Part shown: positions 52,402 to 62,178 of the stretch, in pieces
How the letters are laid out: every line of letters begins with the position of its first letter
How positions within the stretch are numbered: position 1 is the first letter of the stretch
NCBI GenBank assembly: GCA_945913255.1
Contig: CAMEDC010000004.1
Location: forward strand, 24,520-88,519
Length of the DNA stretch: 64,000 nt
Direction of reading: 5' to 3'
Source of the DNA: an uncultured Lachnospiraceae bacterium
GTDB lineage: Bacteria; Bacillota; Clostridia; Lachnospirales; Lachnospiraceae
Translations under genes and position numbers: made by a program
The notes under the pieces: model-generated
What the model saw: only the letters and a program-made list of their open reading frames with translations
The model's database searches: none
Told to the model about the DNA's origin: nothing

Positions 52402-53526
52402 TCAGTTTTCATGAACGAAAACAGCGTCTGCCTTTGCAATACTTTCCTTAAGCTTCCGATAAATCCCCAGTTTTCCCAGTATTCCGTCTGTCAGTTTGAA
52501 AATCCCTGCTCTCAACATGTCCACCAGAATCCCGCAGACAAACACCGCAACTACCGCAATCAAAACCCAAAGCAACAGTTGTAGAACATTTGAAATGCAA
52601 TCCGCTCCGAGCCATTTCTGCCAGGAATACCGGAGCCCTATATTCTCATGTAGCAGATACACTCCCAGTGCATGAGATGCCACCTTGCTGATTATGGCTG
52701 CAACTCTTTGATTCACCTTCAGTCCGATAAATGCAGCTGCCAGACCTATTGCTGCCAGGAAAGGTAAAATGTGATTATACTCCATACACATCTTCAGCAT
52801 TGTATCAAACCTGCCCGTATGAAGATAGACCTGTCGCAGTCCCATGGTAACGCCAAATATGCCCAAACATCCAATCACATACAAAAGAACACATCTTTCC
52901 TTTTTCTCCAGAAAAGGCACGCCGAATTTTCTGACATAAGCCGCCGACACAAATACGCACAGATACCATAAACAGTCATAGCCCTGCCCGTCCATCTCAA
53001 AGCGAACCGGCATGACACTCTTTATGACACTGAACACAGTCAATAGAGACAGAATTGTCACCTGCATCTGCGCCTTTGTCATTTTCTGTATTGCCAGGCT
53101 TATAAAGGGCAAAAGAAGGTATAGGAAAACATACGCCGTCATGAACCAGTAATGTCCCATAGAAACAGGAAACAGCAGTGTCAGAAAATAGTGCGTATCC
53201 ACTGTCACTCCTGAGACAACTCCGGTTAACGCCCCAATCAGACCGAATACCACCGAGTAAAACCACACCTGCAACCATAAATTGAGCAATCTGCTCAGTT
53301 TAAAAGAAGAGGTACTTAAGAAGTATCCGCTGATAAACATGTAGACATTCACGGCTACAATGCAGAACGCTTCCAACAGCCAGGCAGCGATCCCGACACT
53401 TCCCAACTGCTCCCCTGACAAATCTGCCAGCAGTCCGCCCTTGCCTAAATAATGCAGTACCCCAACCATCATCATCGCCACACAGCGCAGCAAATCCAAA
53501 CCAGATAACCGTTTCGCTTTATCCAA
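52402..53526 (-). CDS. Acyltransferase family 3 (membrane O-acyltransferase)
   Basis: 374 aa, about 10 TM helices. N-terminal GLDLLRCVAMMMVGVLH motif. TTG start 7 nt after AAGGAG. Confidence 0.85.
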   Translation of the reverse strand: MDKAKRLSGLDLLRCVAMMMVGVLHYLGKGGLLADLSGEQLGSVGIAAWLLEAFCIVAVNVYMFISGYFLSTSSFKLSRLLNLWLQVWFYSVVFGLIGALTGVVSGVTVDTHYFLTLLFPVSMGHYWFMTAYVFLYLLLPFISLAIQKMTKAQMQVTILSLLTVFSVIKSVMPVRFEMDGQGYDCLWYLCVFVSAAYVRKFGVPFLEKKERCVLLYVIGCLGIFGVTMGLRQVYLHTGRFDTMLKMCMEYNHILPFLAAIGLAAAFIGLKVNQRVAAIISKVASHALGVYLLHENIGLRYSWQKWLGADCISNVLQLLLWVLIAVVAVFVCGILVDMLRAGIFKLTDGILGKLGIYRKLKESIAKADAVFVHEN

Positions 53527-53620
53527 AATGAGTCTCCTTTAAATACTTGGTTTTATGTCGCCTTTTCTCTTGTATTCTCTCATTATATTTCATTCCTTTC
53601 AATTTTGCTATACAATTTTA

Positions 53621-53652
53621 TAAAAAGGAACTGCACATCACTGTGCAGTTCC
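53621..53652 (-). terminator. Rho-independent terminator after the fused DUF1700-DUF4097 gene
   Basis: GGAACTGCACA-tcac-TGTGCAGTTCC. On the minus strand the stem is followed by TTTTTAT. Confidence 0.7.
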
Positions 53653-53676
53653 CCTGAGTTTAACATTTCTTCCTCA

Positions 53677-54891
53677 TTACTTACAATTCACACTGACATC
53701 GCCGCTTCCGGTGCTCACCTTTACCTTACAGGAAGCATCTCCGTAAGCATAAGAGCTTTCTCTTCCTCCACACTGATTTACGCCGCTTCCATAGATTTCA
53801 ATATCGCCGCTCCCGGTAGTAACGTGAATCTCTGCTCCGGGTACTGCCGTTATCCCCAGCTCCACATCGCCGCTTCCGGTTCCCAATCTGATTGCCTTCG
53901 CTTTTGCCGCTCCCGCAATTGATATATCACCGCTTCCGGTTTTCACTGTATACTCCTCTGCCTCTGCATGCAGCTCCACATCGCCGCTTCCGGTTCCCAC
54001 TGACACTGACTTCCCCTTCAGCAATCCGGCACAGACGTCACCGCTACCGGTTTTGATAACACAGCTTTCCGCATCTACTTTTTCCAGTTCTACATCACCG
54101 CTGCTTGTCTGTATATTCAGCCTGCCTGCCTTTGCTACTCTGAGCAAAAAATCACCGCTTGTTGTCCCTGCCTCAAGCGCATCTGTCTCCAAATTTTCCG
54201 CTTCCAGATCACCACTGTTTGTATTCAGTTGAAGTTCTCCCACATGAAGGCTACGCACTTCAATATCTCCGCTTAATGTGCGTACCTGCACGGACGGAAT
54301 TCCTTTGGGGACTTCCAATGTCATGCTGATATCTCCCCCGCGCATTCTTGCATTCTGAAAGGATAAAATGGTTCTACCAAACAGAACCAATCGTTTTGAC
54401 CCTGCTGTCTCCGTTTCCTCTTTTCTCTTTACTCCCACATAGAAGATACCATCCCTTTCATACTGGTAAAAGCGGTAAATTTGTTTCAGCGTTTCATCAT
54501 CGTTCTCATAATGCACATATAGTCTGCCGTCCTCAGATTCCTTCACTGCAACATCCGCTACCATGCCATCCAGAACAATCGCCTTGTAAGCACCGCTATA
54601 AACCTGCTCCGATGCCGTTTCCTGTTCTGCTCCCGCAGGAATCATCTCCTGTTTATAATCTTCCTCGGAAAACTCCTGAATCATCTCTTCAATATTGCCC
54701 AGTTCCTCAATGATTTCCTCCTCGGACTTTCCCATCGCCAGGCCTTCCGCAAAATGTTGCTCATAATCCTCCAAAATCTCTTCCTGAAGTCCCTGGTTAA
54801 ACTGCTCCAGCTTTTCCTGCAACTTTTTCATATATTCTTCCTTCTTCATCATTCTCTCCTGTTCTGCTGTTGGGTAACAGCTGTTATTCAT
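53677..54891 (-). CDS. Fused DUF1700-like helical domain + DUF4097 ('toastrack') protein, no TM segment
   Basis: 404 aa. The N-terminus (EEILEDYEQHFAEGLAMGKSEEEIIEELGNIEEMIQEF) is DUF1700-like. The C-terminal half has at least 10 (T/S)GSGD(V/I) beta-repeat units. No hydrophobic helix is seen. The start is uncertain (54891, overlapping the PadR stop, or 54849-54852). Confidence 0.8.
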   Translation of the reverse strand: MNNSCYPTAEQERMMKKEEYMKKLQEKLEQFNQGLQEEILEDYEQHFAEGLAMGKSEEEIIEELGNIEEMIQEFSEEDYKQEMIPAGAEQETASEQVYSGAYKAIVLDGMVADVAVKESEDGRLYVHYENDDETLKQIYRFYQYERDGIFYVGVKRKEETETAGSKRLVLFGRTILSFQNARMRGGDISMTLEVPKGIPSVQVRTLSGDIEVRSLHVGELQLNTNSGDLEAENLETDALEAGTTSGDFLLRVAKAGRLNIQTSSGDVELEKVDAESCVIKTGSGDVCAGLLKGKSVSVGTGSGDVELHAEAEEYTVKTGSGDISIAGAAKAKAIRLGTGSGDVELGITAVPGAEIHVTTGSGDIEIYGSGVNQCGGRESSYAYGDASCKVKVSTGSGDVSVNCK

Positions 54892-55198
54892 TTATGAGTC
54901 TGCTCACTGCGTTGCTGAAATCTTCCCATTCCTGTTTGATTGCTTCCTGATACTGCCTGCCCTTATCTGTCAGTTTGTAATACTTTCTGGCAGGACCGGA
55001 TTCCGATTCCACCAGATAAGTCGTCACATAATCCTCTTCTTTCAGTTTCCGCAGAATCGGATACAACGTTCCCCCCGCAATTGACATTTCCAGGGAGATA
55101 CGTTCTGTCAGTTCATATCCGTACTTATCTCCGTTTACAAGCTGAGAGAGAACACACAGTTCAAGCGCCCCTTTCTTAAATTGCGTATTCATGCGCAT
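54884..55198 (-). CDS. PadR-family transcriptional regulator (second copy)
   Basis: 104 aa (KYGYELTERISLEMSIAGGTLYPILRKLKEEDYVTTY). Likely start at the ATG at 55192, given AAGGAGA upstream. Confidence 0.9.
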   Translation of the reverse strand: MRMNTQFKKGALELCVLSQLVNGDKYGYELTERISLEMSIAGGTLYPILRKLKEEDYVTTYLVESESGPARKYYKLTDKGRQYQEAIKQEWEDFSNAVSRLINE

Positions 55199-55277
55199 TC
55201 TCCTTTCTCTTGATTTCCTCTTCTACCAGTAAAGTTTCCCAAAACCACCAGTCACGCTCCTTGTACTGTACACTCAT
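55176..55277 (-). CDS. Candidate 33-aa Trp-rich leader mini-ORF upstream of and overlapping PadR
   Basis: Perfect AGGAGG lies 9 nt upstream of the ATG at 55277. Peptide is MSVQYKERDWWFWETLLVEEEIKRKENAHEYAI. The stop overlaps the PadR start region in another frame. Confidence 0.35.
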   Translation of the reverse strand: MSVQYKERDWWFWETLLVEEEIKRKENAHEYAI

Positions 55278-55409
55278 TTTACGTATCCTCCTCTCCTGTT
55301 TCCTGTTGATTTCTTTTCCGGGCTTATTCTTTTCCGACCTTGTACCCAATCCTCTTTTTTCTATATGGCTTTTGATCAATATCTTTCTTTGTTGAGTTGA
55401 TTGTATCAC

Positions 55410-55442
55410 ATGCTATTATATATTGCAATATACTATTTTAAA
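55410..55442 (-). promoter_or_regulatory. Promoter with palindromic operator for the second PadR module
   Basis: Minus strand TTGCAA (55433-55438), 17 nt, TACAAT (55410-55415). The perfect 14-nt palindrome TATATTGCAATATA (55429-55442) is centred on the -35. Confidence 0.55.
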
Positions 55443-55844
55443 AAAGGTACCTTTTACTTGCATCACATACACCAACTTCTATATTCTCTTCCAATTTCTC
55501 ACCGTATTTTACAAAGTACTGTCTAGAATTATTTTTTCTATTCTTGACCAGCATATTTTCCCAATTTTCCAAGAAGAATAACAAAATAAATTCCGAAATG
55601 CTGGTCATATTCCAAAAATAAATGAACCAGCCAGTATGTATTACATACATCCGTACTTTCCTGAGCTTACGAGGGCAGAAACATACATGCAAGATTTCCT
55701 TTCAGGAACAACTCACCAGTATTTTGCCCCAAAATGTATGTCTTCCTTTATCTAAATATGCAAAATATACTGGCTGCTCCTATAGAAATAGCAAATTCAC
55801 CAGCATTTATAAAATTGATGACTTAACATGCGCCGCAGGGCACA

Positions 55845-55888
55845 ACAAAAAATACCCCTGCCTGCTCACCCGGAACAGACAGGGGTAT
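55845..55888 (-). terminator. Rho-independent terminator after gltD
   Basis: AATACCCCTG ... CAGGGGTATT arms. On the minus strand the stem is followed by a T-run. Confidence 0.7.
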
Positions 55889-55989
55889 TTTATAGACAGG
55901 GGGATATTATATAGAATTACTGGAAAATGTTTATTCTCGAATCATCCTCAACGCGTATCTTCATCACGCATCCTCAACATGGCTCCGAC

Positions 55990-57483
55990 TTATTGCACCA
56001 CCAGATTCGAATATCCCATCAGGCTCTCGTCGACTTCTCTTGCCGCTTCTCTGCCCTCACGGATTGCCCATACAACTAATGACTGGCCTCTGTGCATATC
56101 TCCGGTGACAAAAACATTTTCCCTGCTGGTACGGTACTTTCCTGCTTCCGTCTTTACATTGGTGCGCTCATTCAGTTCCACACCGAATGCGTCCGAAATA
56201 TACTTCTGTGTTCCCAGGAATCCCGCTGCAATCAGAACGATGTCTGCCGGGAGTTCCTGTTCGCTTCCGGGTATCTCCTTCATGTTCATACGCCCTGTTG
56301 ACGCATCCTTTTCCCAAGCCAGCTTCACAATCTTTACAGCCTTCAGATTGCCGTTCTTATCCTTGACAAATTCCTTCACCGTAGACTCATAGATGCGGGG
56401 ATCGTGTCCGTATACCGCGATGGCTTCCTCCTGGCCATAATCTGTCTTGCAGATTTTGGGCCACTCGGGCCAGGGATTGTTTTCCGCACGCTTGTCAGGT
56501 GCCTTGGGCATCATTTCAATCTGTGTTACGCTCTTTGCACCATGGCGGATAGAGGTACCCACACAGTCATTCCCCGTATCGCCGCCGCCGATGATTACCA
56601 CATGCTTATCCTTCGTGTCCACATATTGTTTATCCTCAAAACCGGAATCCAGCAGGCTCTTTGTATTTGCTTTCAGGAAATCCACTGCAAAGTAGATACC
56701 CTTTGCTTCCCTGCCGGGCGCTTTGATATCTCTGGGATTGGACGCACCGCAGGCCAGGATAACACGGTCAAAATCATGCAGAAGCTTTTCCGCCTTGATA
56801 TCTTTTCCGATGTCTGCACCGGTCACAAAGGTCACGCCCTCTTCTTCCATGATTTTGCGTTTTCTATCCACTATCTGCTTTTCCAGCTTCATATTTGGAA
56901 TGCCGTACATGAGCAGTCCGCCGATGCGGTCAGAACGCTCAAATACAGTGACGGAATGCCCTCTTTTATTCAGCTGGTCCGCCGCTGCCAGCCCGGAAGG
57001 ACCGCTTCCTACAATGGCAATGGTCTTACCCGTGCGTACCTTGGGCGGATTTGCCGCTGCAAAGCCTTCTTTATAGGCATTCTCAATAATGGCATACTCA
57101 TTCTCTTTGGTGGATACCGGATCCCCATTCAAGCCGCAGGTACATGCCGCCTCACACAAAGCAGGGCAGACTCTGGAAGTGAACTCCGGGAAATTGTTGG
57201 TCTTTTTCAGGCGGTTATATGCCTGCTCCCAGTTACCTGTAAACACCAGGTCATTCCATTCCGGAACAAGGTTATGCAGCGGACATCCGCTGGCCATGCC
57301 GCAAAGCATCATGCCCGACTGGCAAAAAGGCACACCGCACTCCATACACCTTGCGCCCTGCAGCTGCTGCTCTTCTTTCGGCAGATGCTCATGAAATTCG
57401 TTAAAATGCTTTATCCGCTTCTTAGGATCCTCGGCCTCGCTGACTACTCTTTTATATTCCATAAAACCGGTTGGTTTTCCCAT
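55990..57483 (-). CDS. gltD: Glutamate synthase (NADPH) small subunit
   Basis: 497 aa. N-terminal Fe-S Cys clusters. Two dinucleotide folds (IAIVGSGPSGLAAA, VVIIGGGDTGNDC). Sits directly downstream of gltB. Confidence 0.95.
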   Translation of the reverse strand: MGKPTGFMEYKRVVSEAEDPKKRIKHFNEFHEHLPKEEQQLQGARCMECGVPFCQSGMMLCGMASGCPLHNLVPEWNDLVFTGNWEQAYNRLKKTNNFPEFTSRVCPALCEAACTCGLNGDPVSTKENEYAIIENAYKEGFAAANPPKVRTGKTIAIVGSGPSGLAAADQLNKRGHSVTVFERSDRIGGLLMYGIPNMKLEKQIVDRKRKIMEEEGVTFVTGADIGKDIKAEKLLHDFDRVILACGASNPRDIKAPGREAKGIYFAVDFLKANTKSLLDSGFEDKQYVDTKDKHVVIIGGGDTGNDCVGTSIRHGAKSVTQIEMMPKAPDKRAENNPWPEWPKICKTDYGQEEAIAVYGHDPRIYESTVKEFVKDKNGNLKAVKIVKLAWEKDASTGRMNMKEIPGSEQELPADIVLIAAGFLGTQKYISDAFGVELNERTNVKTEAGKYRTSRENVFVTGDMHRGQSLVVWAIREGREAAREVDESLMGYSNLVVQ

Positions 57484-57497
57484 GCTTTCAATCCTCC

Positions 57498-60400
57498 TTA
57501 CTTCCTTGTATTTGCATAAAACGCTTCAATCTGTGCCTGTTCTGCGCTTAAGCCCTTTTCTTCCATCTGTACGATGGTCTTTAAGACTCTCTCGTAATCA
57601 TGAGGAATAATCTTTTTGAATTTCGGCAGATACTCTCCGAAATGCTCCAAAATCTCTTTCCCCTTCTCAGAGTTTGTCAGCGCAACATGTTCCTGAATCA
57701 TGCTCTTCAGTTCCAGCACATCATATTTGGAGGTAAGTTCGCTGGAGGATACCATCTCCTTGTTCAACCGCTTGTACAAATCATTTTCTTCATCCAGCAC
57801 ATAAGCTACACCGCCGCTCATACCTGCTGCGAAGTTCTTACCGGTGCGTCCCAGCACTACCACACGTCCGCCCGTCATATACTCACAGCCATGATCGCCG
57901 ACACCTTCCACAACCGCACTGGCACCGGAATTTCGTACGCAGAATCTCTCACCGGCCACACCGTTGATATAGGCCTTACCGCTGGTAGCACCGTAAAGTG
58001 CCACATTTCCGATAATAATATTCTCGGAAGCCTTAAAGGTACTTCCCGCAGGGGGGTACACAATCAGCTTTCCGCCGGAAAGTCCTTTTCCGAAATAATC
58101 GTTGGAATCGCCGACCAGTTCCAGCGTTAATCCCTTTGGAATAAATGCGCCGAAGGACTGTCCTCCTGCTCCCTTACAGAGTACGCGGTAGGTATCTTCC
58201 TCCACATTGTCACCCAGCTTTCTGGTAATCTCACTTCCCAGGATGGTGCCGAAAGCACGGTCCGTATTGGAAACATCCACCTCAATGCTCCGTTTCTGTC
58301 CGCTCTCTATTGCCTTCTTCAGCTGCTTTAACAGCACTTTTTCATCCAGTGTCTTCTCCAGTTCAAAATCATACACCTGTTTGGGATCAAAAGTCATTTT
58401 CTGCTTGGAGCCTTCATAAGGATTTGAAAGAATCTGGGTCAGGTCAATCTGTTTCTGGCTCTCTGACAGGTTTTCCTTTACCTTCAGAAGGTCGGTACGA
58501 CCAACTAACTCGTCAACCGTCCTGACACCCAGCGCTGCCATATACTCCCGCAGTTCTTCCGCGATAAACTTCATAAAGTTTTCCACGTATTCCGGCTTTC
58601 CCTTGAAATTCTTGCGAAGCTCGGGGTTCTGTGTCGCGACACCCACAGGGCAGGTATCCAGGTTGCAGACTCTCATCATAACACATCCCATGGTAACAAG
58701 CGGAGCCGTTGCAAAACCGAATTCCTCAGCCCCCAGGATAGCGGCAATTGCCACATCCCGACCACTCATGAGCTTTCCGTCCGTCTCAATGCGCACCTTG
58801 TTGCGCAGCCCATTCATAATCAGAGTCTGATGCGTCTCTGCAAGTCCCAACTCCCAGGGAAGTCCCGCATTATGGATGGAGTTTCTCGGTGCCGCACCGG
58901 TTCCGCCGTCATATCCGGACACCAGAATGACCTGCGCTCCGGCCTTGGCAACACCTGCCGCAACCGTTCCGACACCTGCCTCAGACACCAGCTTCACGGA
59001 AATGCGGGCATCTGTATTGGCATTCTTCAAATCATAAATCAGCTGTGCCAGATCCTCAATGGAATAAATATCATGATGAGGGGGCGGGGAAATCAAAGAC
59101 ACGCCGGGGGTTGAGTGACGGGTCTTCGCAATCCAGGGATAAACCTTTCCTCCGGGCAGATGACCACCCTCACCGGGTTTTGCACCCTGCGCCATCTTAA
59201 TCTGAATTTCCTTTGCACTGACAAGGTACCGGCTTGTGACACCGAAACGTCCGCTGGCCACCTGCTTGATGGCAGAGCAGCGGTCCAGACCGTCCGGACC
59301 TACCGTCAGTCTCTCCAGGTCTTCTCCACCTTCACCGGAATTGCTCTTACCGTGAAGTCTGTTCATGGCAATTGCCATTGTCTCGTGAGCTTCCTTGGAA
59401 ATGGAACCGTAGGACATGGCTCCTGTCTTAAATCTGGTAACAATGGATTCTACCGGCTCCACCTCTTCCAGAGGCACACCTTTTTTCGGATAGTTGAAAT
59501 CCATCAGGCCTCGCAAATTTTTGATAGAAGTCTCATCGTTCACCATGGCGGTATACTGCTTAAACATCTGATAGTCACCGCGCTTTGTGGACTCCTGCAA
59601 CATATGGATAGTAGCAGGATTGTAGAGATGCTCGTCACCACCGCTTCGCATCTTATGATGTCCCGGACTGTCGAGCGTCAAATCGTTGCCCAGTCCCAGG
59701 GGATCAAAGGCCATGGAATGCAGCTGGTCTACCTGCTTTTCAATATCCTTTAACGTAATACCACCCACGCGGCATACCGTATTGCTGAAATATTTGCTGA
59801 TGACATCCTTATCAATACCGATTGCCTCAAAAATCTGAGCACCCTGATAAGACTGTATAGTACTGATACCCATCTTGGATGCAATCTTGACGATACCATG
59901 CAATACAGCATGATTGTAGTCGTTCACTGCCGCATAATAATCCTTATCCAGCATATGATTGTCAATCAGTTCCTTAATGGATTCCTGCGCCAGATAAGGA
60001 TTGATTGCACAGGCTCCGTAACCCAGCAGCGTCGCAAAATGATGCACCTCTCTCGGTTCACCGGACTCCAGAATCAGCGCAACTCTGGTTCTCTTCTTGG
60101 TGCGCACAAGATATTGGTTCAAGGCGGATACTGCAAGCAGAGACGGAATGGGTACATGGTTTTCATCCACGCCTCTGTCGGAAAGAATCAGTATATTGAC
60201 GCCGTCCCTGTAGGCACGGTCTACTTCCACGAACAGTCTGTCGATGGCACGCTCCAGGCTGGTGTTCTTATAGTAAGTAATGGGAACTACCTCAACCTTG
60301 AAGCCTTCCGCTTTCATATTCTTGATTTTCAGCAAGTCCGTATTTGTCAGAATCGGATTGTTGACCCGCAGCACATTACAGTTCTTGGGGGTCTCCTGCA

Positions 60401-62045
60401 GGATATTACCTTCCGTTCCGATATAAACGGTTGTGGATGTGACAATCTCTTCACGAATCGCATCGATAGGCGGGTTGGTAACCTGCGCGAACAGCTGCTT
60501 AAAATAATGGAACAGCGGATGATAAGTCTTGCTCAGTACGGGTAACGGCGTATCCACACCCATTGCGGCAATCGCCTCTCCACCGTTTTTCGCCATGGGA
60601 AGAATGCTCTGCTTCAATTCATCATAGGTGTAGCCGAAGGCCTTCTGCATTCTCTGACGCTCCTCATAGGTGTACTCCGGCACACGCTGGTTGGGAATTG
60701 TCAAATCCTTCAGGAACACAAGATTGCTGTCCAGCCACTCGCCGTAAGGCTGTCTGGAAGCATACCTCTCCTTCAGCTCTTCATCATCAATCACCTTGCC
60801 CTGTACCGTGTCTACCAAAAGCATCTTGCCGGGGCGCAGTCTCTCTTTCACCTTGATCTTCGTGGGGTCAATATCCAGAACGCCCACCTCGGAGGAAAGA
60901 ATCAGGGTATTGTCTTCCGTAATCATATAGCGGGAAGGGCGAAGGCCGTTTCTGTCAAGCACCGCACCCATAATATCACCATCGGAAAACAGAATGGAGG
61001 CGGGACCGTCCCAGGGCTCCATCATGGTCGCATAATATTGGTAAAAATCTCGCTTGGTCTGAGACATGGCCTTATCATTTGCCCAGGGCTCCGGAATGGC
61101 AATCATCACTGCCAGAGGCAGCTCCATACCGCTCATCACCAGAAATTCCAGCGTATTATCCAGCATCGCAGAGTCGGAACCGGTCTTACTGATAGCCGGA
61201 AGTACTTTGTGCATCTGCCCTTTCAGATACTCGGATTCCATATTTTCCTCACGTGCCAGCATCTTGTCGGCATTGCCGCGGATTGTGTTAATCTCTCCGT
61301 TGTGTACCATAAGACGGTTGGGATGCGCTCTCTCCCAGCTGGGATTTGTGTTGGTAGAGAAACGGGAATGCACCATAGCGATGGCAGACTCAAAATCTTT
61401 ACTCTGTAAATCCGCATAGAAGGTTCTCAACTGTCCCACCAGAAACATACCCTTATAGACAATGGTACGGCTGGAAAAGGATACTACATAGGTATCTTCC
61501 GTAGACTGCTCAAAAAGCCGTCGCGCAATGTAAAGTTTACGGTCGAAGGCAAGTCCCTTTTCCACACCGGCAGGCTTCTTGACAAAGCCCTGCATGATAT
61601 GCGGCATACATTCAACAGCCTTATGTCCCAGGACATTCGGGAAGGTGGGCACTTCACGCCAGCCGAGGAACTCCAGTCCTTCCTTCTCCACAATAATCTC
61701 AAACATCTTTTTTGCCTGATTACGACGAAGTTCTTCCTGAGGGAAGAAAAACATTCCCACACCATACTCTCTCTCTTTCCCGATCTCAATGCCGAGAGGT
61801 TTCGTTACTCTTTCAAAAAATTTGTGGGGAATCTGAGTAAGAATACCGACACCGTCTCCGGTCTTTCCCTCTGCATCCTTACCAGCTCTATGCTCCAGAT
61901 TCTCAACGATTTTCAGCGCATTTTCCACGGTAGCGCGGCTCTTCTCACCATGAATATTCACACATGCACCTATGCCGCAGTTATCGTGCTCAAACGCTTC
62001 TCTGTAGAGAGGTGCCTGTGGAACGTCCTTCTTTACATCAAACAT
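57498..62045 (-). CDS. gltB: Glutamate synthase large subunit
   Basis: 1,515 aa. The Ntn amidotransferase begins at Cys (HDNCGIGA). Central FMN and 3Fe-4S domains and a C-terminal GXGXG beta-helix domain follow. AAAGGAG RBS. Confidence 0.95.
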   Translation of the reverse strand: MFDVKKDVPQAPLYREAFEHDNCGIGACVNIHGEKSRATVENALKIVENLEHRAGKDAEGKTGDGVGILTQIPHKFFERVTKPLGIEIGKEREYGVGMFFFPQEELRRNQAKKMFEIIVEKEGLEFLGWREVPTFPNVLGHKAVECMPHIMQGFVKKPAGVEKGLAFDRKLYIARRLFEQSTEDTYVVSFSSRTIVYKGMFLVGQLRTFYADLQSKDFESAIAMVHSRFSTNTNPSWERAHPNRLMVHNGEINTIRGNADKMLAREENMESEYLKGQMHKVLPAISKTGSDSAMLDNTLEFLVMSGMELPLAVMIAIPEPWANDKAMSQTKRDFYQYYATMMEPWDGPASILFSDGDIMGAVLDRNGLRPSRYMITEDNTLILSSEVGVLDIDPTKIKVKERLRPGKMLLVDTVQGKVIDDEELKERYASRQPYGEWLDSNLVFLKDLTIPNQRVPEYTYEERQRMQKAFGYTYDELKQSILPMAKNGGEAIAAMGVDTPLPVLSKTYHPLFHYFKQLFAQVTNPPIDAIREEIVTSTTVYIGTEGNILQETPKNCNVLRVNNPILTNTDLLKIKNMKAEGFKVEVVPITYYKNTSLERAIDRLFVEVDRAYRDGVNILILSDRGVDENHVPIPSLLAVSALNQYLVRTKKRTRVALILESGEPREVHHFATLLGYGACAINPYLAQESIKELIDNHMLDKDYYAAVNDYNHAVLHGIVKIASKMGISTIQSYQGAQIFEAIGIDKDVISKYFSNTVCRVGGITLKDIEKQVDQLHSMAFDPLGLGNDLTLDSPGHHKMRSGGDEHLYNPATIHMLQESTKRGDYQMFKQYTAMVNDETSIKNLRGLMDFNYPKKGVPLEEVEPVESIVTRFKTGAMSYGSISKEAHETMAIAMNRLHGKSNSGEGGEDLERLTVGPDGLDRCSAIKQVASGRFGVTSRYLVSAKEIQIKMAQGAKPGEGGHLPGGKVYPWIAKTRHSTPGVSLISPPPHHDIYSIEDLAQLIYDLKNANTDARISVKLVSEAGVGTVAAGVAKAGAQVILVSGYDGGTGAAPRNSIHNAGLPWELGLAETHQTLIMNGLRNKVRIETDGKLMSGRDVAIAAILGAEEFGFATAPLVTMGCVMMRVCNLDTCPVGVATQNPELRKNFKGKPEYVENFMKFIAEELREYMAALGVRTVDELVGRTDLLKVKENLSESQKQIDLTQILSNPYEGSKQKMTFDPKQVYDFELEKTLDEKVLLKQLKKAIESGQKRSIEVDVSNTDRAFGTILGSEITRKLGDNVEEDTYRVLCKGAGGQSFGAFIPKGLTLELVGDSNDYFGKGLSGGKLIVYPPAGSTFKASENIIIGNVALYGATSGKAYINGVAGERFCVRNSGASAVVEGVGDHGCEYMTGGRVVVLGRTGKNFAAGMSGGVAYVLDEENDLYKRLNKEMVSSSELTSKYDVLELKSMIQEHVALTNSEKGKEILEHFGEYLPKFKKIIPHDYERVLKTIVQMEEKGLSAEQAQIEAFYANTRK

Positions 62046-62130
62046 ATCTGTACTCCTTTCACGTAATCCGCTTCCCTGTCTTATGCAGACTTCCTATGCT
62101 GCCTGTTCGTACATAATCTCCTATCTGTAC

Positions 62131-62178
62131 AAAAAAAGGACGCAACGAGGCTTTCCTGCGCCTCATTGCGTCCTTTTT
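62131..62178 (-). terminator. Strong (bidirectional-looking) terminator after the GT2 gene
   Basis: AAAAAAAGGACGCAACGAGGC-tttcctgc-GCCTCATTGCGTCCTTTTT. The long GC-rich stem is flanked by A- and T-runs. Confidence 0.8.

Noticed and set aside
55438-55692. 84-aa minus-strand ORF in the AT-rich gap downstream of gltD.
   Set aside because: It has no RBS, begins inside a promoter-like region and has atypical composition. It is at most a gene remnant and is not called as a CDS.
56404-57519. 371-aa plus-strand ORF, plus similar ORFs across gltB (e.g. 59115-59753, 59898-60545).
   Set aside because: They are antisense to the highly conserved gltD and gltB genes and are shadow ORFs.
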